From the IMG/VR virus record IMGVR_UViG_3300010938_000951, positions 202,900 through 266,899 of that record: a stretch of 64,000 bases of DNA. One strand, written 5' to 3'. The position numbers and the translations under genes are program-made. The notes under the pieces are model-generated. The model saw nothing but the letters and a program-made list of their open reading frames with translations. It was not told the origin of the DNA and ran no database searches. Positions 37,126 through 46,674 of the stretch are shown piece after piece; the stretch's first letter is position 1, and each line of letters starts with the position of its first letter.

Positions 37126-38382
37126 ATGGATAAATTAGCTCAAAGTAAAAGACAAACGGGTCGTGGCTTTTTCAATAAATTGAGAGAGCAAGTTAATAGA
37201 CCAGGTGCCATTTTAGAAGGTATTTTCAAACCAGAGCTAGATAGAGTTATGAAATCTCTAGGCGAGCTAGATGACCGTGTTCGTTCTGAAATTACTGGTA
37301 CTAAAATTGGTAATGCTGAAGAGCCAGCTATTAAAATGTCTGGCAAAGACCTATTAAAGGAAGCTCGTAAAGCTTTTAATCGTCGAGAATATATGAGTGG
37401 AGTTTCTGATTTGGCTATGTTCCACAAGAAACTTCAAAATATGGCAAATGATATCGACAAGTTTTTTGTTGATGTTAATAAAATCCATCATAAATTTTTA
37501 TTCCAAGGAGTTGACGAAGAAAAGTTAAAGAGACTTCGTGAACATATGGAGCCAAAAGCGGCTTCTGTAATTGCAGACCAATTACTTAAAGAAGCTGGCC
37601 TTATTGATGAGATCGTTAATATTGTTTCTAGACGTGGTCGTGGTTTAGCTGCTTGGGAAAAGAAGTATCCAAAGGAAACTAAAGCATTACGTGAAGGTGG
37701 TTCTCGTTTGATTGATCAGGCAGAAGCTACTTTAGAGAGTGTTATTTCTGCTTTGAAAGAAATGGCTACAGCTCGCGCCATTCGCAGACCAGATGATTAT
37801 ATGGATGCAGCCGCTAAAATTAAAGCAGCTTTTAATAAGTTTGATTCCGGCGATAAAGGATTTAGATCGTTTTATCAAAATGCAGTAATGCCTTGGATGA
37901 AAATTAAAGATGAAATTGAAAAGCAACAACAAGCTCAACAGCCAACCGTACCAACTACCACCGGGCCAAAACCAGGACAAGTAGAATTGGGTGGGCAACC
38001 TCCAACACCACCAATGCCACCGCCTCCTCCAACCACTCCAGGCGGAACACCTGCTCCTGTGCCGGCACAATCTCCTCCAGCAACACCTCCATCCAAGCCA
38101 GTTTTACAATTAATGCCAGAAGAGGATGAAGCCGCTCCAGATACTGAAAAGACGCCACCACCTCCACCAGAACCTCCTGTTAAAGTTCGTGTTGCGCCTT
38201 CAGTTAATCCTCCAAAGGTTAGAGTTGCTCATTCTAGTTTTTATAAATCATTAGAGGCAATGAGTAATGAAGATCCTCGTATTGTCTGCGCATATGTTAC
38301 CAAGTATGCTAAATCTATTCAAGGAGATGATCCAGAAACAGCTATTAAATTGTTTTCTATTGTTAAGCAAATAAAGGGCTAA
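37126..38382 (+). CDS. helical, Pro-rich putative head protein
   Basis: GAGG RBS; MDKLAQ and LLKEAG motifs. Confidence 0.75.
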   Translation: MDKLAQSKRQTGRGFFNKLREQVNRPGAILEGIFKPELDRVMKSLGELDDRVRSEITGTKIGNAEEPAIKMSGKDLLKEARKAFNRREYMSGVSDLAMFHKKLQNMANDIDKFFVDVNKIHHKFLFQGVDEEKLKRLREHMEPKAASVIADQLLKEAGLIDEIVNIVSRRGRGLAAWEKKYPKETKALREGGSRLIDQAEATLESVISALKEMATARAIRRPDDYMDAAAKIKAAFNKFDSGDKGFRSFYQNAVMPWMKIKDEIEKQQQAQQPTVPTTTGPKPGQVELGGQPPTPPMPPPPPTTPGGTPAPVPAQSPPATPPSKPVLQLMPEEDEAAPDTEKTPPPPPEPPVKVRVAPSVNPPKVRVAHSSFYKSLEAMSNEDPRIVCAYVTKYAKSIQGDDPETAIKLFSIVKQIKG

Positions 38383-38386
38383 AAAT

Positions 38387-39406
38387 ATGGGAAAACAGGT
38401 GCCAAAGACAAATACACCAGTCTCAGACGCACAAATGGCACAGGCAATTGTAAATGTCTGGCAGCGTTTGTTTGGCACAGCTCCGTCTAAAGAGCAGGTG
38501 TATATGATTATGGCACAAAACGCTATTGAAACTGGTCGTGATAGAAAATCTATGCACAATTATAATGTTGGCAATATTATAGTTGGAACTACCGATCATG
38601 ATTATTTTCTTGGCGGAGATTGGATGTATGCCGACAAAGCGCAAACCGTAAAAAAACCAATCACTCAAAAATTTCGCGCCTACAATACCCTAGAGGAAGG
38701 TGTATCTGATTATCTTAATTTGTTAAGTAAAAGTAGAAGATATGCAACAGCTTGGCAGCATATTTTACATCCAGATATTCGTGCTTATTCTAAAGCACTT
38801 CATGATGCTGGATATTATGGAGCCAAGGAAGAAGATTACACAAAAGGACTGCTCGGACAATTTAAAAGTTTCGATAAAGGTAATTCTTACTCGGTTGCTA
38901 TGTCTGGTAGCCGTAATCAACCATCTACAATGGTTGCTAAACAGGAAACGCAAGATATGGGCGAGTTAAATCAAGTTATACAAAATCTAATGAATGAGTT
39001 TAGATTATCTGCCACCAATTATAATTTGAAAAAATTATATAAAGCAGCTTTACCTACTCATAATATACTGATTACAATCAAAGCTAGCGATCGTGTTAGT
39101 GCAATTGAATTCTCTCAAGTTCTTTGTGCCGCTTTGGATGAAGATTTACTTTCTACTTCATATCCTCATACTGATGGCAATGAAGTAGAAGTAGAATGTT
39201 CCATTTCTGGCCCTGAGCAAGAATGTTTTGCGGCCGTTAAACAAATGACAGAAGCTGTTGCTGAAACATTTAAAGATGCTACAACGAAAATTGGTGGAAT
39301 TACTGTTAAAACACAGTTAATTATGAATAAAAAATCATCTTATCAACCCATCAGTCCTAGAAGCGCTGATACTAACCACAGGAATTTCCTGCTTAAATTC
39401 ATTTGA
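38387..39406 (+). CDS. GH73/FlgJ-like peptidoglycan hydrolase fused to an unknown C-terminal domain
   Basis: AQNAIETG catalytic Glu, FRAYNTLEEGVSDY, ALHDAGYY...DY. Confidence 0.75.
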   Translation: MGKQVPKTNTPVSDAQMAQAIVNVWQRLFGTAPSKEQVYMIMAQNAIETGRDRKSMHNYNVGNIIVGTTDHDYFLGGDWMYADKAQTVKKPITQKFRAYNTLEEGVSDYLNLLSKSRRYATAWQHILHPDIRAYSKALHDAGYYGAKEEDYTKGLLGQFKSFDKGNSYSVAMSGSRNQPSTMVAKQETQDMGELNQVIQNLMNEFRLSATNYNLKKLYKAALPTHNILITIKASDRVSAIEFSQVLCAALDEDLLSTSYPHTDGNEVEVECSISGPEQECFAAVKQMTEAVAETFKDATTKIGGITVKTQLIMNKKSSYQPISPRSADTNHRNFLLKFI

Positions 39407-39415
39407 GGAAACACA

Positions 39416-39811
39416 ATGCCAACTGAACAACAAATTTTGGATGCGGTGCAGAATCATCAAGGTTCAGGAAAGACTTTTGCTGAATTTCTAGCTGAAGTAT
39501 TCAAGGACAAGTTCATTGAGATTTACGTTGGTGACTCTTATGAAGACGTCAGTACAGAACAAATTTCTACTACTTATCCTGCCGTATTTTGTGGAAAAGT
39601 AATAGCTGCTTATCGAGAGTGTTTAATTATTAATTGCGCTTTTGTGACTAGGAATAAAACTCTAGCTCTTGGAAATATAATGTTTATTAATGAAAGAGCA
39701 ATAAGAGCACTTAATGAAATTGATGGTAATGGCACATTAGAAGAAATGATGCTTAGAAGTAAAGAGTCTTTAGAGATTAGAGAAAGATTTATACTTAACA
39801 AAACGAAGTGA
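39416..39811 (+). CDS. small beta-rich protein, possible Sm/Hfq-like fold
   Basis: IEIYVG...VFCGKVIAAYRECLII...IMFINERAIRAL strand pattern; fold call is inference. Confidence 0.45.
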   Translation: MPTEQQILDAVQNHQGSGKTFAEFLAEVFKDKFIEIYVGDSYEDVSTEQISTTYPAVFCGKVIAAYRECLIINCAFVTRNKTLALGNIMFINERAIRALNEIDGNGTLEEMMLRSKESLEIRERFILNKTK

Positions 39812-39814
39812 GCA

Positions 39815-40567
39815 ATGAGAAACCTAGATGATATTTTACAGCTTGCTAGCACTTATGAAGAACAGTGCATACAAGATTTGGTAAAAGTGGCGAAGATTCG
39901 TCAATTACCAGATGGTAAGTATCGTGTGCTTTCTCAAAAGGGCAAAGATTTAGGTACATATAAATCTAGAAAAGCTGCCGAAAAGCGTCTTCGTCAGGTA
40001 GAGTTTTTTAAACACTTAGACAAGTCTAAAGCTGATGATCAGGGCAATGCAATTGCTCCAATTGATTTAACTAGTGCTGATGAATTTAGTTACTCTGCTC
40101 TTATGAGAAAACTACGTCAAGAAGCCTCTCCAGAACAAGTTAGAGTATTTCTTACTATTTTTAAATCACAATTTGATAAAGCTGTCAAAAGTAAAGTTCA
40201 TAAACCAGAGAGAATAGCTTTACAAAATGCTATTATCAAGTTTCATAAGATACATCCAGTAAAACTTGATAAAAAGATGGTTAAATGTGCTGCTGTGGCT
40301 GAATTAGGAGATCCTGACAGTGTTGGTAGATATTTAGCTGATATTGTTAAATTCATGTTAGCTAGATTGCCACCTCAAAAGCGCCCAAGAGCAGCACAAG
40401 TATTGAAACAAAAATTCACTGTAATGAGCGAGAATGCAATTGCAGGTAAAAACATGCCGCCAGCCGCTGTGTATGGTCAGGCAATTACTTTCGTTAAACA
40501 CGTTCTTTTCAACCAAGATGCCACATACATTAGAAATGTGTTGAATAGTTTGTCGAGGAACCTATGA
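39815..40567 (+). CDS. hypothetical head-module protein
   Basis: LVKVAK and MVKCAA motifs; small basic domain KIRQLPDGKYRVLSQKGKDLGTY. Confidence 0.72.
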   Translation: MRNLDDILQLASTYEEQCIQDLVKVAKIRQLPDGKYRVLSQKGKDLGTYKSRKAAEKRLRQVEFFKHLDKSKADDQGNAIAPIDLTSADEFSYSALMRKLRQEASPEQVRVFLTIFKSQFDKAVKSKVHKPERIALQNAIIKFHKIHPVKLDKKMVKCAAVAELGDPDSVGRYLADIVKFMLARLPPQKRPRAAQVLKQKFTVMSENAIAGKNMPPAAVYGQAITFVKHVLFNQDATYIRNVLNSLSRNL

Positions 40568-41334
40568 TCAAAAGATTTCGCCCAGTAATTCCTGGGGTTT
40601 TGTATCGTGGGTCAGCTCCAACTCCACAAGATGTGTTAGAGTTAAAAGATAAACTAGGAATCAAAAAAATTGTCAGTTTAGATAAAAAAGCTGGTGAAGC
40701 TATTTCTCGTGCTTGTAAAATGTTGGGTATTGATCAGGTAAAATTATATATTGAACATGATAGAAAAACACTTTACGATTTCCTGTCTCAAAATATGAGA
40801 AAATTATTTTTAGAAGACGGTCCTACATTTGTACATTGTCAAGAAGGAAAAGATCGAACAGGATTAGCTTGCGCAATGGTAAAGTGCAAATTTTTAGGAA
40901 TGAATCCAGAAAAAGCAATACAAGAAGCAAAATCACTAGGGTTTGGTATAGGTTTACCTCTTAATATAACGAATACTTACGAAAAGATAATACGTCATTG
41001 TAAGCCAGAGAAAGACACAAATAGTGCTGATATAGTGTCAAATGAAAGAGAATATAAGGGTGATAATCGCGACTCTTTTCTAGACGAAGCACATCAAGGA
41101 TCTTTTGCTCCTCACCTAGATCATACGCGCCAAAACCCAATGGACGCCGTCTACACTTATATAAATGATCAGTCGCCTACTCGTCAAAATTATCCAGATA
41201 CATCATTATTTCGGTATGATCCTGAGAAGGGTGATGTAATTCCTAATGTTGGCGAATTTGATAATGATGCTGGACAAAGGGGATTCGGTCCAACAGAAAA
41301 CTACAATGGTTTCTTTTCAGAGGTAGGGCACTGA
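40564..41334 (+). CDS. cysteine-dependent tyrosine/dual-specificity phosphatase family protein
   Basis: LYRGSAP, KKIVSL and catalytic HCQEGKDRTG (HCxxGxxR). Confidence 0.88.
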   Translation: MIKRFRPVIPGVLYRGSAPTPQDVLELKDKLGIKKIVSLDKKAGEAISRACKMLGIDQVKLYIEHDRKTLYDFLSQNMRKLFLEDGPTFVHCQEGKDRTGLACAMVKCKFLGMNPEKAIQEAKSLGFGIGLPLNITNTYEKIIRHCKPEKDTNSADIVSNEREYKGDNRDSFLDEAHQGSFAPHLDHTRQNPMDAVYTYINDQSPTRQNYPDTSLFRYDPEKGDVIPNVGEFDNDAGQRGFGPTENYNGFFSEVGH

Positions 41335-41997
41335 ATGATTAAAAAGTCTTATTCTGTACAAATGAGCTATGACGTGACTGATAGTGAAAGACATCAGGCA
41401 GAGAGAGCGCTTGTGTATTTTAAGGCCGCTGAAAAGTATTTGACACAAGCATCTGATCATTTGAACATTATGAAGACCCCTTTTAAAGATAATCCTGATA
41501 TGACACCAGATGATGTAATGAAAGCTCGTGCTGTTATTAGGCGTTTTCGTGATAAAGCCATTGAAAATTTTGATAGATTTAAGAAGGTCGCATTTGATTG
41601 TGTAAATTTAATGCAAACATTTTCTAGTGATACACAAACACTCAAATTGATGAAATCATTCATTTCATCAGTTGATGATTTAGAAGTTAGTGTTAATCAA
41701 TTTGCTGATTTATTTAATGATTTACAATCAAAGGATTTTGTCAAAGATGTAGTTTCTGCTATTGAATCTATTCAAAAACAGTGTGATGAGATTGATGAAA
41801 TCATTGATGAAAGAATAAAATCTCATATTCAAACAAATATCTTAGCTACTAGTTGGGTAGATTCAATTAGTAATGACTTGCAAATGAAAATAGAGAAGAA
41901 AACCCCATTAATTGTGGATCTTTATAATCAAAGGCAAGAACAATTAAATGAAGCGGTGGAGGAAAGAAGCACAGGTTCAAGCCAAGAAAAATGGTAA
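41335..41997 (+). CDS. hypothetical helical-bundle protein
   Basis: ORF abutting the phosphatase gene. Confidence 0.72.
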   Translation: MIKKSYSVQMSYDVTDSERHQAERALVYFKAAEKYLTQASDHLNIMKTPFKDNPDMTPDDVMKARAVIRRFRDKAIENFDRFKKVAFDCVNLMQTFSSDTQTLKLMKSFISSVDDLEVSVNQFADLFNDLQSKDFVKDVVSAIESIQKQCDEIDEIIDERIKSHIQTNILATSWVDSISNDLQMKIEKKTPLIVDLYNQRQEQLNEAVEERSTGSSQEKW

Positions 41998-42090
41998 TAT
42001 CTCTGTATAATAGATAAAGTTTTCGGTTTTAAACCGGAAATTTGTAGCAATATTACATTATACCTGTGTGGTCTCCCATTTGGAGAGTTT

Positions 42091-42246
42091 ATGTTTATTA
42101 AACACGGTGATGGAAAAATACTAAACGTTGTTGATAGCGAAGAATTAACTGAAGAACAAAAGAACGCTGTCAAGAAGGTTTCTAAAGAGTTCGTCAAGCA
42201 ATCTGACGAGTCAACTGATTCTTCTAAAAAGAAGTCAGGGAGCTAA
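42091..42246 (+). CDS. 51-aa small protein (not in ORF track)
   Basis: GGAG RBS at 42082; MFIKHGDGKILNVVDSEELTEEQKNAVKKVSKEFVKQSDESTDSSKKKSGS; stop 5 nt before the protease ATG. Confidence 0.7.
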   Translation: MFIKHGDGKILNVVDSEELTEEQKNAVKKVSKEFVKQSDESTDSSKKKSGS

Positions 42247-42251
42247 TATAC

Positions 42252-45200
42252 ATGACCATTATTAAATTAGGCGAAGCTCACGAGATTAAATTGGAAAGCA
42301 TGGAATCATGTCTTCCAGAATTGAGTGCTGATGTCTTAGAGAACTTTAGGAAATTTGCTGCTAATCTAAAGAAGATTGCACCTAAAGCAGAAGACTTTCT
42401 TTATTTTTCTGCTGTCATGATGCATGCCGCAGAAGCATCTGCATTAAACGAAGATGGTACACCAAAATTAACACTTAAAGGTGAGCCAGTACAAGTTGGA
42501 TGGGATACTAGCGGAGGCACATGGAAGTGGATTAGCAATGATCCAAGTATTCGACCATATAAAAATTCTAATGGCGATATATTTCCAGAAGCCGAATTAA
42601 CCAAAGCTTATAAAAAATGGAAGCACAAGCCTCTTTGCGTGGATCATAAATCAAGTTCAGTAGACCACGTTAGAGGCTTTATTGTTGATACTTATTATGA
42701 TCGCAATCTCAAGAGAGTAATTGCATTATGTGCCTTAGATAAGGCCGGATTCCCTCAATTAGCCAGACAAGTAGCTACTGGCGTTTCAACTTGCGTATCA
42801 ATGGGTACAGCAGTTGGTAGGGCAATTTGCTACGATTGTGGTAGAGTCGCTCGTGCAGAGCAGGACTTCTGCAATCATATGAAAAACAAGACTTGCTACG
42901 GCGAAATCAACGTAGACCTTAATCCAATTGAGTTGTCTATCGTTGTAAATGGTGCTGATCCTAGAGCCAACATCAAAAACATCATCGCCGCAGCTAACAC
43001 CATGAATACGTACCTTGAAAATCGTGCTAAGGAACTAGAAAAACTTGCCGATCTCAAGTTTCATGCTACTATTGGTGTAGATGACCCACAAGGTCATGAG
43101 GGTGGCGGTTCTGCAACTTTCAATGTTCAAGCAAATGACATTGACAAGTTCAAAACTGATTTAGATGAAGCATTTAGGAAAGTTCAAGAGTTTAAAAACG
43201 TAAAAATTTCTGAACTAGATACTAATTCTTCAGCATCTAATCAATCGTCGGGTTCGATTGCCATGGATGAAGGCGCACCCACGGATTCTGGATTGGCTCT
43301 CCAAACTCCGCAAACTAACAGGTTTGCATCCGCAGATGTAGAGGCGGAATCATTGGCTGAGCTTCAGCAAGTTACTGCATCAATTGAAGCAACGTTAAGT
43401 CAAATGAAAAAGAGCTTGGATAAGTTAGCTAAAACTACTTCTACAAAAACACAAGAGGAAAATATGTCTGGATCAAAAGAAATTAATAAGCAAGCTTATT
43501 TCCAGGGCGGCGGTGGCGTAAATGAGCCAACTCCAGGTCAAGTTAAGTATCCAAAAGACGGACTCAATGAGCAGCTTCGTGAGAACGAGGATAAGCACAT
43601 GGTGGGTCAGCCTCCTTTCCCTGAGGTAGGTCCAGTCGATGGTATGCACCCTTCACCAGCTTCGGCTGATCCTTCTGGGGAGTTAGAGCGTAAGAAGATG
43701 CTCGCTCGTGCAGAAGCAGAAGAGCGTGCTCTTAAGCGTAATGCCATTGTAAATATGGTTAAGGATACACTAAAGAACAAAGAAGCCTACTGGCAAGGTG
43801 GTGGCGGTGTTAACGAGCCAACTCCAGGTAAGGCAAAGTATCCAAAGGATAAACTAAACGAAGAACTTCGTGATTACGAAGATAAGCAGATGGTTGGTCA
43901 ACCACCATTCCCTGGCGTTGGTCCAGTTGATGGTTTGCATCCATCTCCATCTTCAGCAGATCCAAAAGACGAATTAAAGCGCAAGCAAATGCTCGCACGC
44001 GCACAACTACGTGCAAGATTCGTTAAGGCTGCAAATAATGATGGAACTCAAAACAAAGCAAAGAGCGCTTGGGAAGTATTCCTAGGTGATAAGCTATTGT
44101 TAACTGCTTCTGTTGATGAACTATCCGGAGGCAATACTGCAGTTCTATATGATTCAATTGCAACCAAAGAATTTGGTACTAAGTTAATTGAAAAAGTTAA
44201 GGTACAAGGCGCTGATGCTGTATCTAAACTAATCAAGAAGGCACAAGGCGCTCCTCCAGCTCCTCCTCCAGGTGACCCATCTAGCGCAGCTCCTCCAGCC
44301 GATCCAGGCGCAGGCGCTCCAGATGCTGGTCCTCCAGCAGAAGATACGGGTGGTTCTGGCGATCCAAAGCAAACTGCCGTCGAACTTTCTGAAAAAGTAA
44401 GAGACCTAAGCTCTGATCTAGTCGAAGCTGTTCGTGCTTTAACTGGCGAACAAGCTGAGATGGGTGGTCCAGAAGCTGGTGGTGTTGGTGGTCCTGCTGG
44501 TGGTCCAATGGCCGCTGATGACCAAGATGCTCGTAAGAAGAAGGATGACAAAGAATCTACCGCTTCTGATAGCTTCAGTGCTAATACTCTTAACACTTTA
44601 AGAAAAGAACTTAATGGCGCACTAACTCATGCCATGAAAGAATCTATTGCGGAACTTGCTGAGCACAAGCAAGAACTAGATATGATTGCTGGTATGTATG
44701 ACAAGGGTGCTGTAACTCCATCTAACCAGGAGTTTGTGGGTACTATCGTAGAAGATGCATTAAATGAAGCTAAAACTGCCGTAGCAGATGGTTTCAAACT
44801 AATGACAGCTTTTGTTAAGTATGCTCGTGGTACTAAGGCCATTGTCAAGCGTGCTGAAATTGAATCAGAATTGCAAGCACTAGCCGAAGGAGATACCGAA
44901 ATGAGCGACAAAGAAGATAGTCACTCCGCAGACGGCGGTGACTTGATGGGACTAATTAACGACACCAATGCAGATTTGGATGCCGTTCAAGAGATGATGG
45001 GTGATGACCAAAGCCACGAAGGCAGTTTAGATGAACTTCTAGACGAACCAGTAGGCGAAGAATCACTAGGAGGTCTTGAAGGAGAGGATCTACTAACAGG
45101 TTTGGCTGACGATAACGACCTTACTTTCGAACAAGGTGAGAAAGTTCCACCAGAGTTGGCCGGAAAGAAGTTAACTATGGCATCTTATGATGATAGAGCT

Positions 45201-45947
45201 GGTCGTGCAGCCCTCAGAGCCAAGTTGGCCGCTGATGCTCTCGGCAAGGAAGAGGATGGAGAAGTCCAAGATATGTCTAAACAAAAGTTTAGTGATATGT
45301 TAGACGCTTCTCAGAAGCACACTGATGGTCAAACTGAGTTGGATGTTAAACCATCTGATAGTCTTGGATTAGTTGAAACTGTTCAAGAAGTAAACAAGGC
45401 CATGATGGATGTTGCTAAGGCTCCACCAAAGGTTCGTAAAGAAGCAGAAGTTATTCAGAGACTTGTTTCTGAAGGTAAGCTTGATCCAAAGGACGTAGAT
45501 GCTCTAGCATCCTACGGATTAGATGGCGAAGCAGTTGCTTACTGGAAGAAGTATTATGGTGAAGTTGATGGCGGAAGTGAATTTGCTAGTGAATTGGTAA
45601 AGGAACACGTCAAGTCAGCAATGGAAGAAGAGCTTAACAAGTTCCGCGTCAAGTTAGCTCGCGCATACGAACTTACCTATGACATGGTTGATCGTGGACT
45701 ATGCCGTCATGACAGAGCAACTATCTCTGATCAAGTTGACCAAATTATGAAGTTTAATGATGATGCATTCGAATCTCTAAAGAAGGTTGTTGCCCGTCAT
45801 GAACCAGGTGCCCTCCGCAAGGCAGCAGGTACCATTCCACAAGTTGGTCTTAGAGTTGATGGAGAATTCTCTCCAGCTCAAGCAGTAGAGGATGACTCTT
45901 ACGCCCAGTTGTCAGCCCTCTTTGGTAACAAAAAGGGTGTGTTCTAA
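42252..45947 (+). CDS. prohead maturation protease fused to long scaffold
   Basis: PLCVDH, GFIVD, VSMG catalytic Ser, CYDC...CNHM insert, ELSIV..GADP; then about 950 aa of acidic/coiled-coil scaffold. Confidence 0.82.
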   Translation: MTIIKLGEAHEIKLESMESCLPELSADVLENFRKFAANLKKIAPKAEDFLYFSAVMMHAAEASALNEDGTPKLTLKGEPVQVGWDTSGGTWKWISNDPSIRPYKNSNGDIFPEAELTKAYKKWKHKPLCVDHKSSSVDHVRGFIVDTYYDRNLKRVIALCALDKAGFPQLARQVATGVSTCVSMGTAVGRAICYDCGRVARAEQDFCNHMKNKTCYGEINVDLNPIELSIVVNGADPRANIKNIIAAANTMNTYLENRAKELEKLADLKFHATIGVDDPQGHEGGGSATFNVQANDIDKFKTDLDEAFRKVQEFKNVKISELDTNSSASNQSSGSIAMDEGAPTDSGLALQTPQTNRFASADVEAESLAELQQVTASIEATLSQMKKSLDKLAKTTSTKTQEENMSGSKEINKQAYFQGGGGVNEPTPGQVKYPKDGLNEQLRENEDKHMVGQPPFPEVGPVDGMHPSPASADPSGELERKKMLARAEAEERALKRNAIVNMVKDTLKNKEAYWQGGGGVNEPTPGKAKYPKDKLNEELRDYEDKQMVGQPPFPGVGPVDGLHPSPSSADPKDELKRKQMLARAQLRARFVKAANNDGTQNKAKSAWEVFLGDKLLLTASVDELSGGNTAVLYDSIATKEFGTKLIEKVKVQGADAVSKLIKKAQGAPPAPPPGDPSSAAPPADPGAGAPDAGPPAEDTGGSGDPKQTAVELSEKVRDLSSDLVEAVRALTGEQAEMGGPEAGGVGGPAGGPMAADDQDARKKKDDKESTASDSFSANTLNTLRKELNGALTHAMKESIAELAEHKQELDMIAGMYDKGAVTPSNQEFVGTIVEDALNEAKTAVADGFKLMTAFVKYARGTKAIVKRAEIESELQALAEGDTEMSDKEDSHSADGGDLMGLINDTNADLDAVQEMMGDDQSHEGSLDELLDEPVGEESLGGLEGEDLLTGLADDNDLTFEQGEKVPPELAGKKLTMASYDDRAGRAALRAKLAADALGKEEDGEVQDMSKQKFSDMLDASQKHTDGQTELDVKPSDSLGLVETVQEVNKAMMDVAKAPPKVRKEAEVIQRLVSEGKLDPKDVDALASYGLDGEAVAYWKKYYGEVDGGSEFASELVKEHVKSAMEEELNKFRVKLARAYELTYDMVDRGLCRHDRATISDQVDQIMKFNDDAFESLKKVVARHEPGALRKAAGTIPQVGLRVDGEFSPAQAVEDDSYAQLSALFGNKKGVF
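43488..44003 (+). repeat. 75-aa internal duplication in the scaffold (43488-43712 and 43779-44003)
   Basis: KQAYFQGGGGVNEPTPG...MLARA versus KEAYWQGGGGVNEPTPG...MLARA, period 291 nt. Confidence 0.95.
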
Positions 45948-45973
45948 AGCTTAAACCTAGAACGAGGATACAA

Positions 45974-46660
45974 ATGAAAAACCAAAGCGTATCAGATTTT
46001 GTAGCTGCAACAATGAATGCAGTTCTAAACAGCAAAGAACACAAATCGCTGTTTGATGTCCAGTACAAGTATGCTCAAGACATGAATGATGCAAAGCATA
46101 AGAAAGATTCTATGTGCGCCGAGCACGGTAAGATGGATTCATGTGAGGCAGATGATAACGATGCTCGCAAGGCAAAGAAGGATTCTGACGAAGACGAATC
46201 TTCTGCATGGGATGATAATGATGCTCGCAAGAAGAAGGATCCTGATGATGACGATTCTTGCATGGCCGATGATGATAATGATGCACGCAAGAAGAAGGAT
46301 TCTGACGAAGACGACTCTTCTGCCGATGATGGTCTAGAGACTTCTGCCGCATTTGATGTTGCTATTGATAGTCTTCTAACTGCATCTGCCGCCCTTGATT
46401 CTGTTGGTCTTGGACGTGGTTCTGCTCTTACTTTGAAGATTGCCTCTCTAGTTGTTGAAGCTAAGAAGAAGGACAAGGATTCTAAGAAGAAGGATTCTAA
46501 GAAAGATTCTAAGAAGGACTCACAGTCTGCTAAAGACAAGAAGTCTGACAAGAAGGACTCCAAGAAGGATTCTAAGAAAGACTCACAGTCTGCCAAGGAT
46601 AAGAAGTCTTCTGATAAGAAAGACTCTAAGAAGGACGACAAGAAGTCTTCTAAGAAATAA
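45974..46660 (+). CDS. highly charged low-complexity protein (DDNDARKKKD and KKDS repeats)
   Basis: GAGG RBS; repeats visible at DNA and protein level. Confidence 0.8.
   Translation: MKNQSVSDFVAATMNAVLNSKEHKSLFDVQYKYAQDMNDAKHKKDSMCAEHGKMDSCEADDNDARKAKKDSDEDESSAWDDNDARKKKDPDDDDSCMADDDNDARKKKDSDEDDSSADDGLETSAAFDVAIDSLLTASAALDSVGLGRGSALTLKIASLVVEAKKKDKDSKKKDSKKDSKKDSQSAKDKKSDKKDSKKDSKKDSQSAKDKKSSDKKDSKKDDKKSSKK
46151..46330 (+). repeat. 3 x 60-nt tandem repeat
   Basis: GATGATAAYGATGCWCGCAAG starts at 46151, 46211 and 46271. Confidence 0.9.
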
Positions 46661-46674
46661 TTATCAGAGGAATA

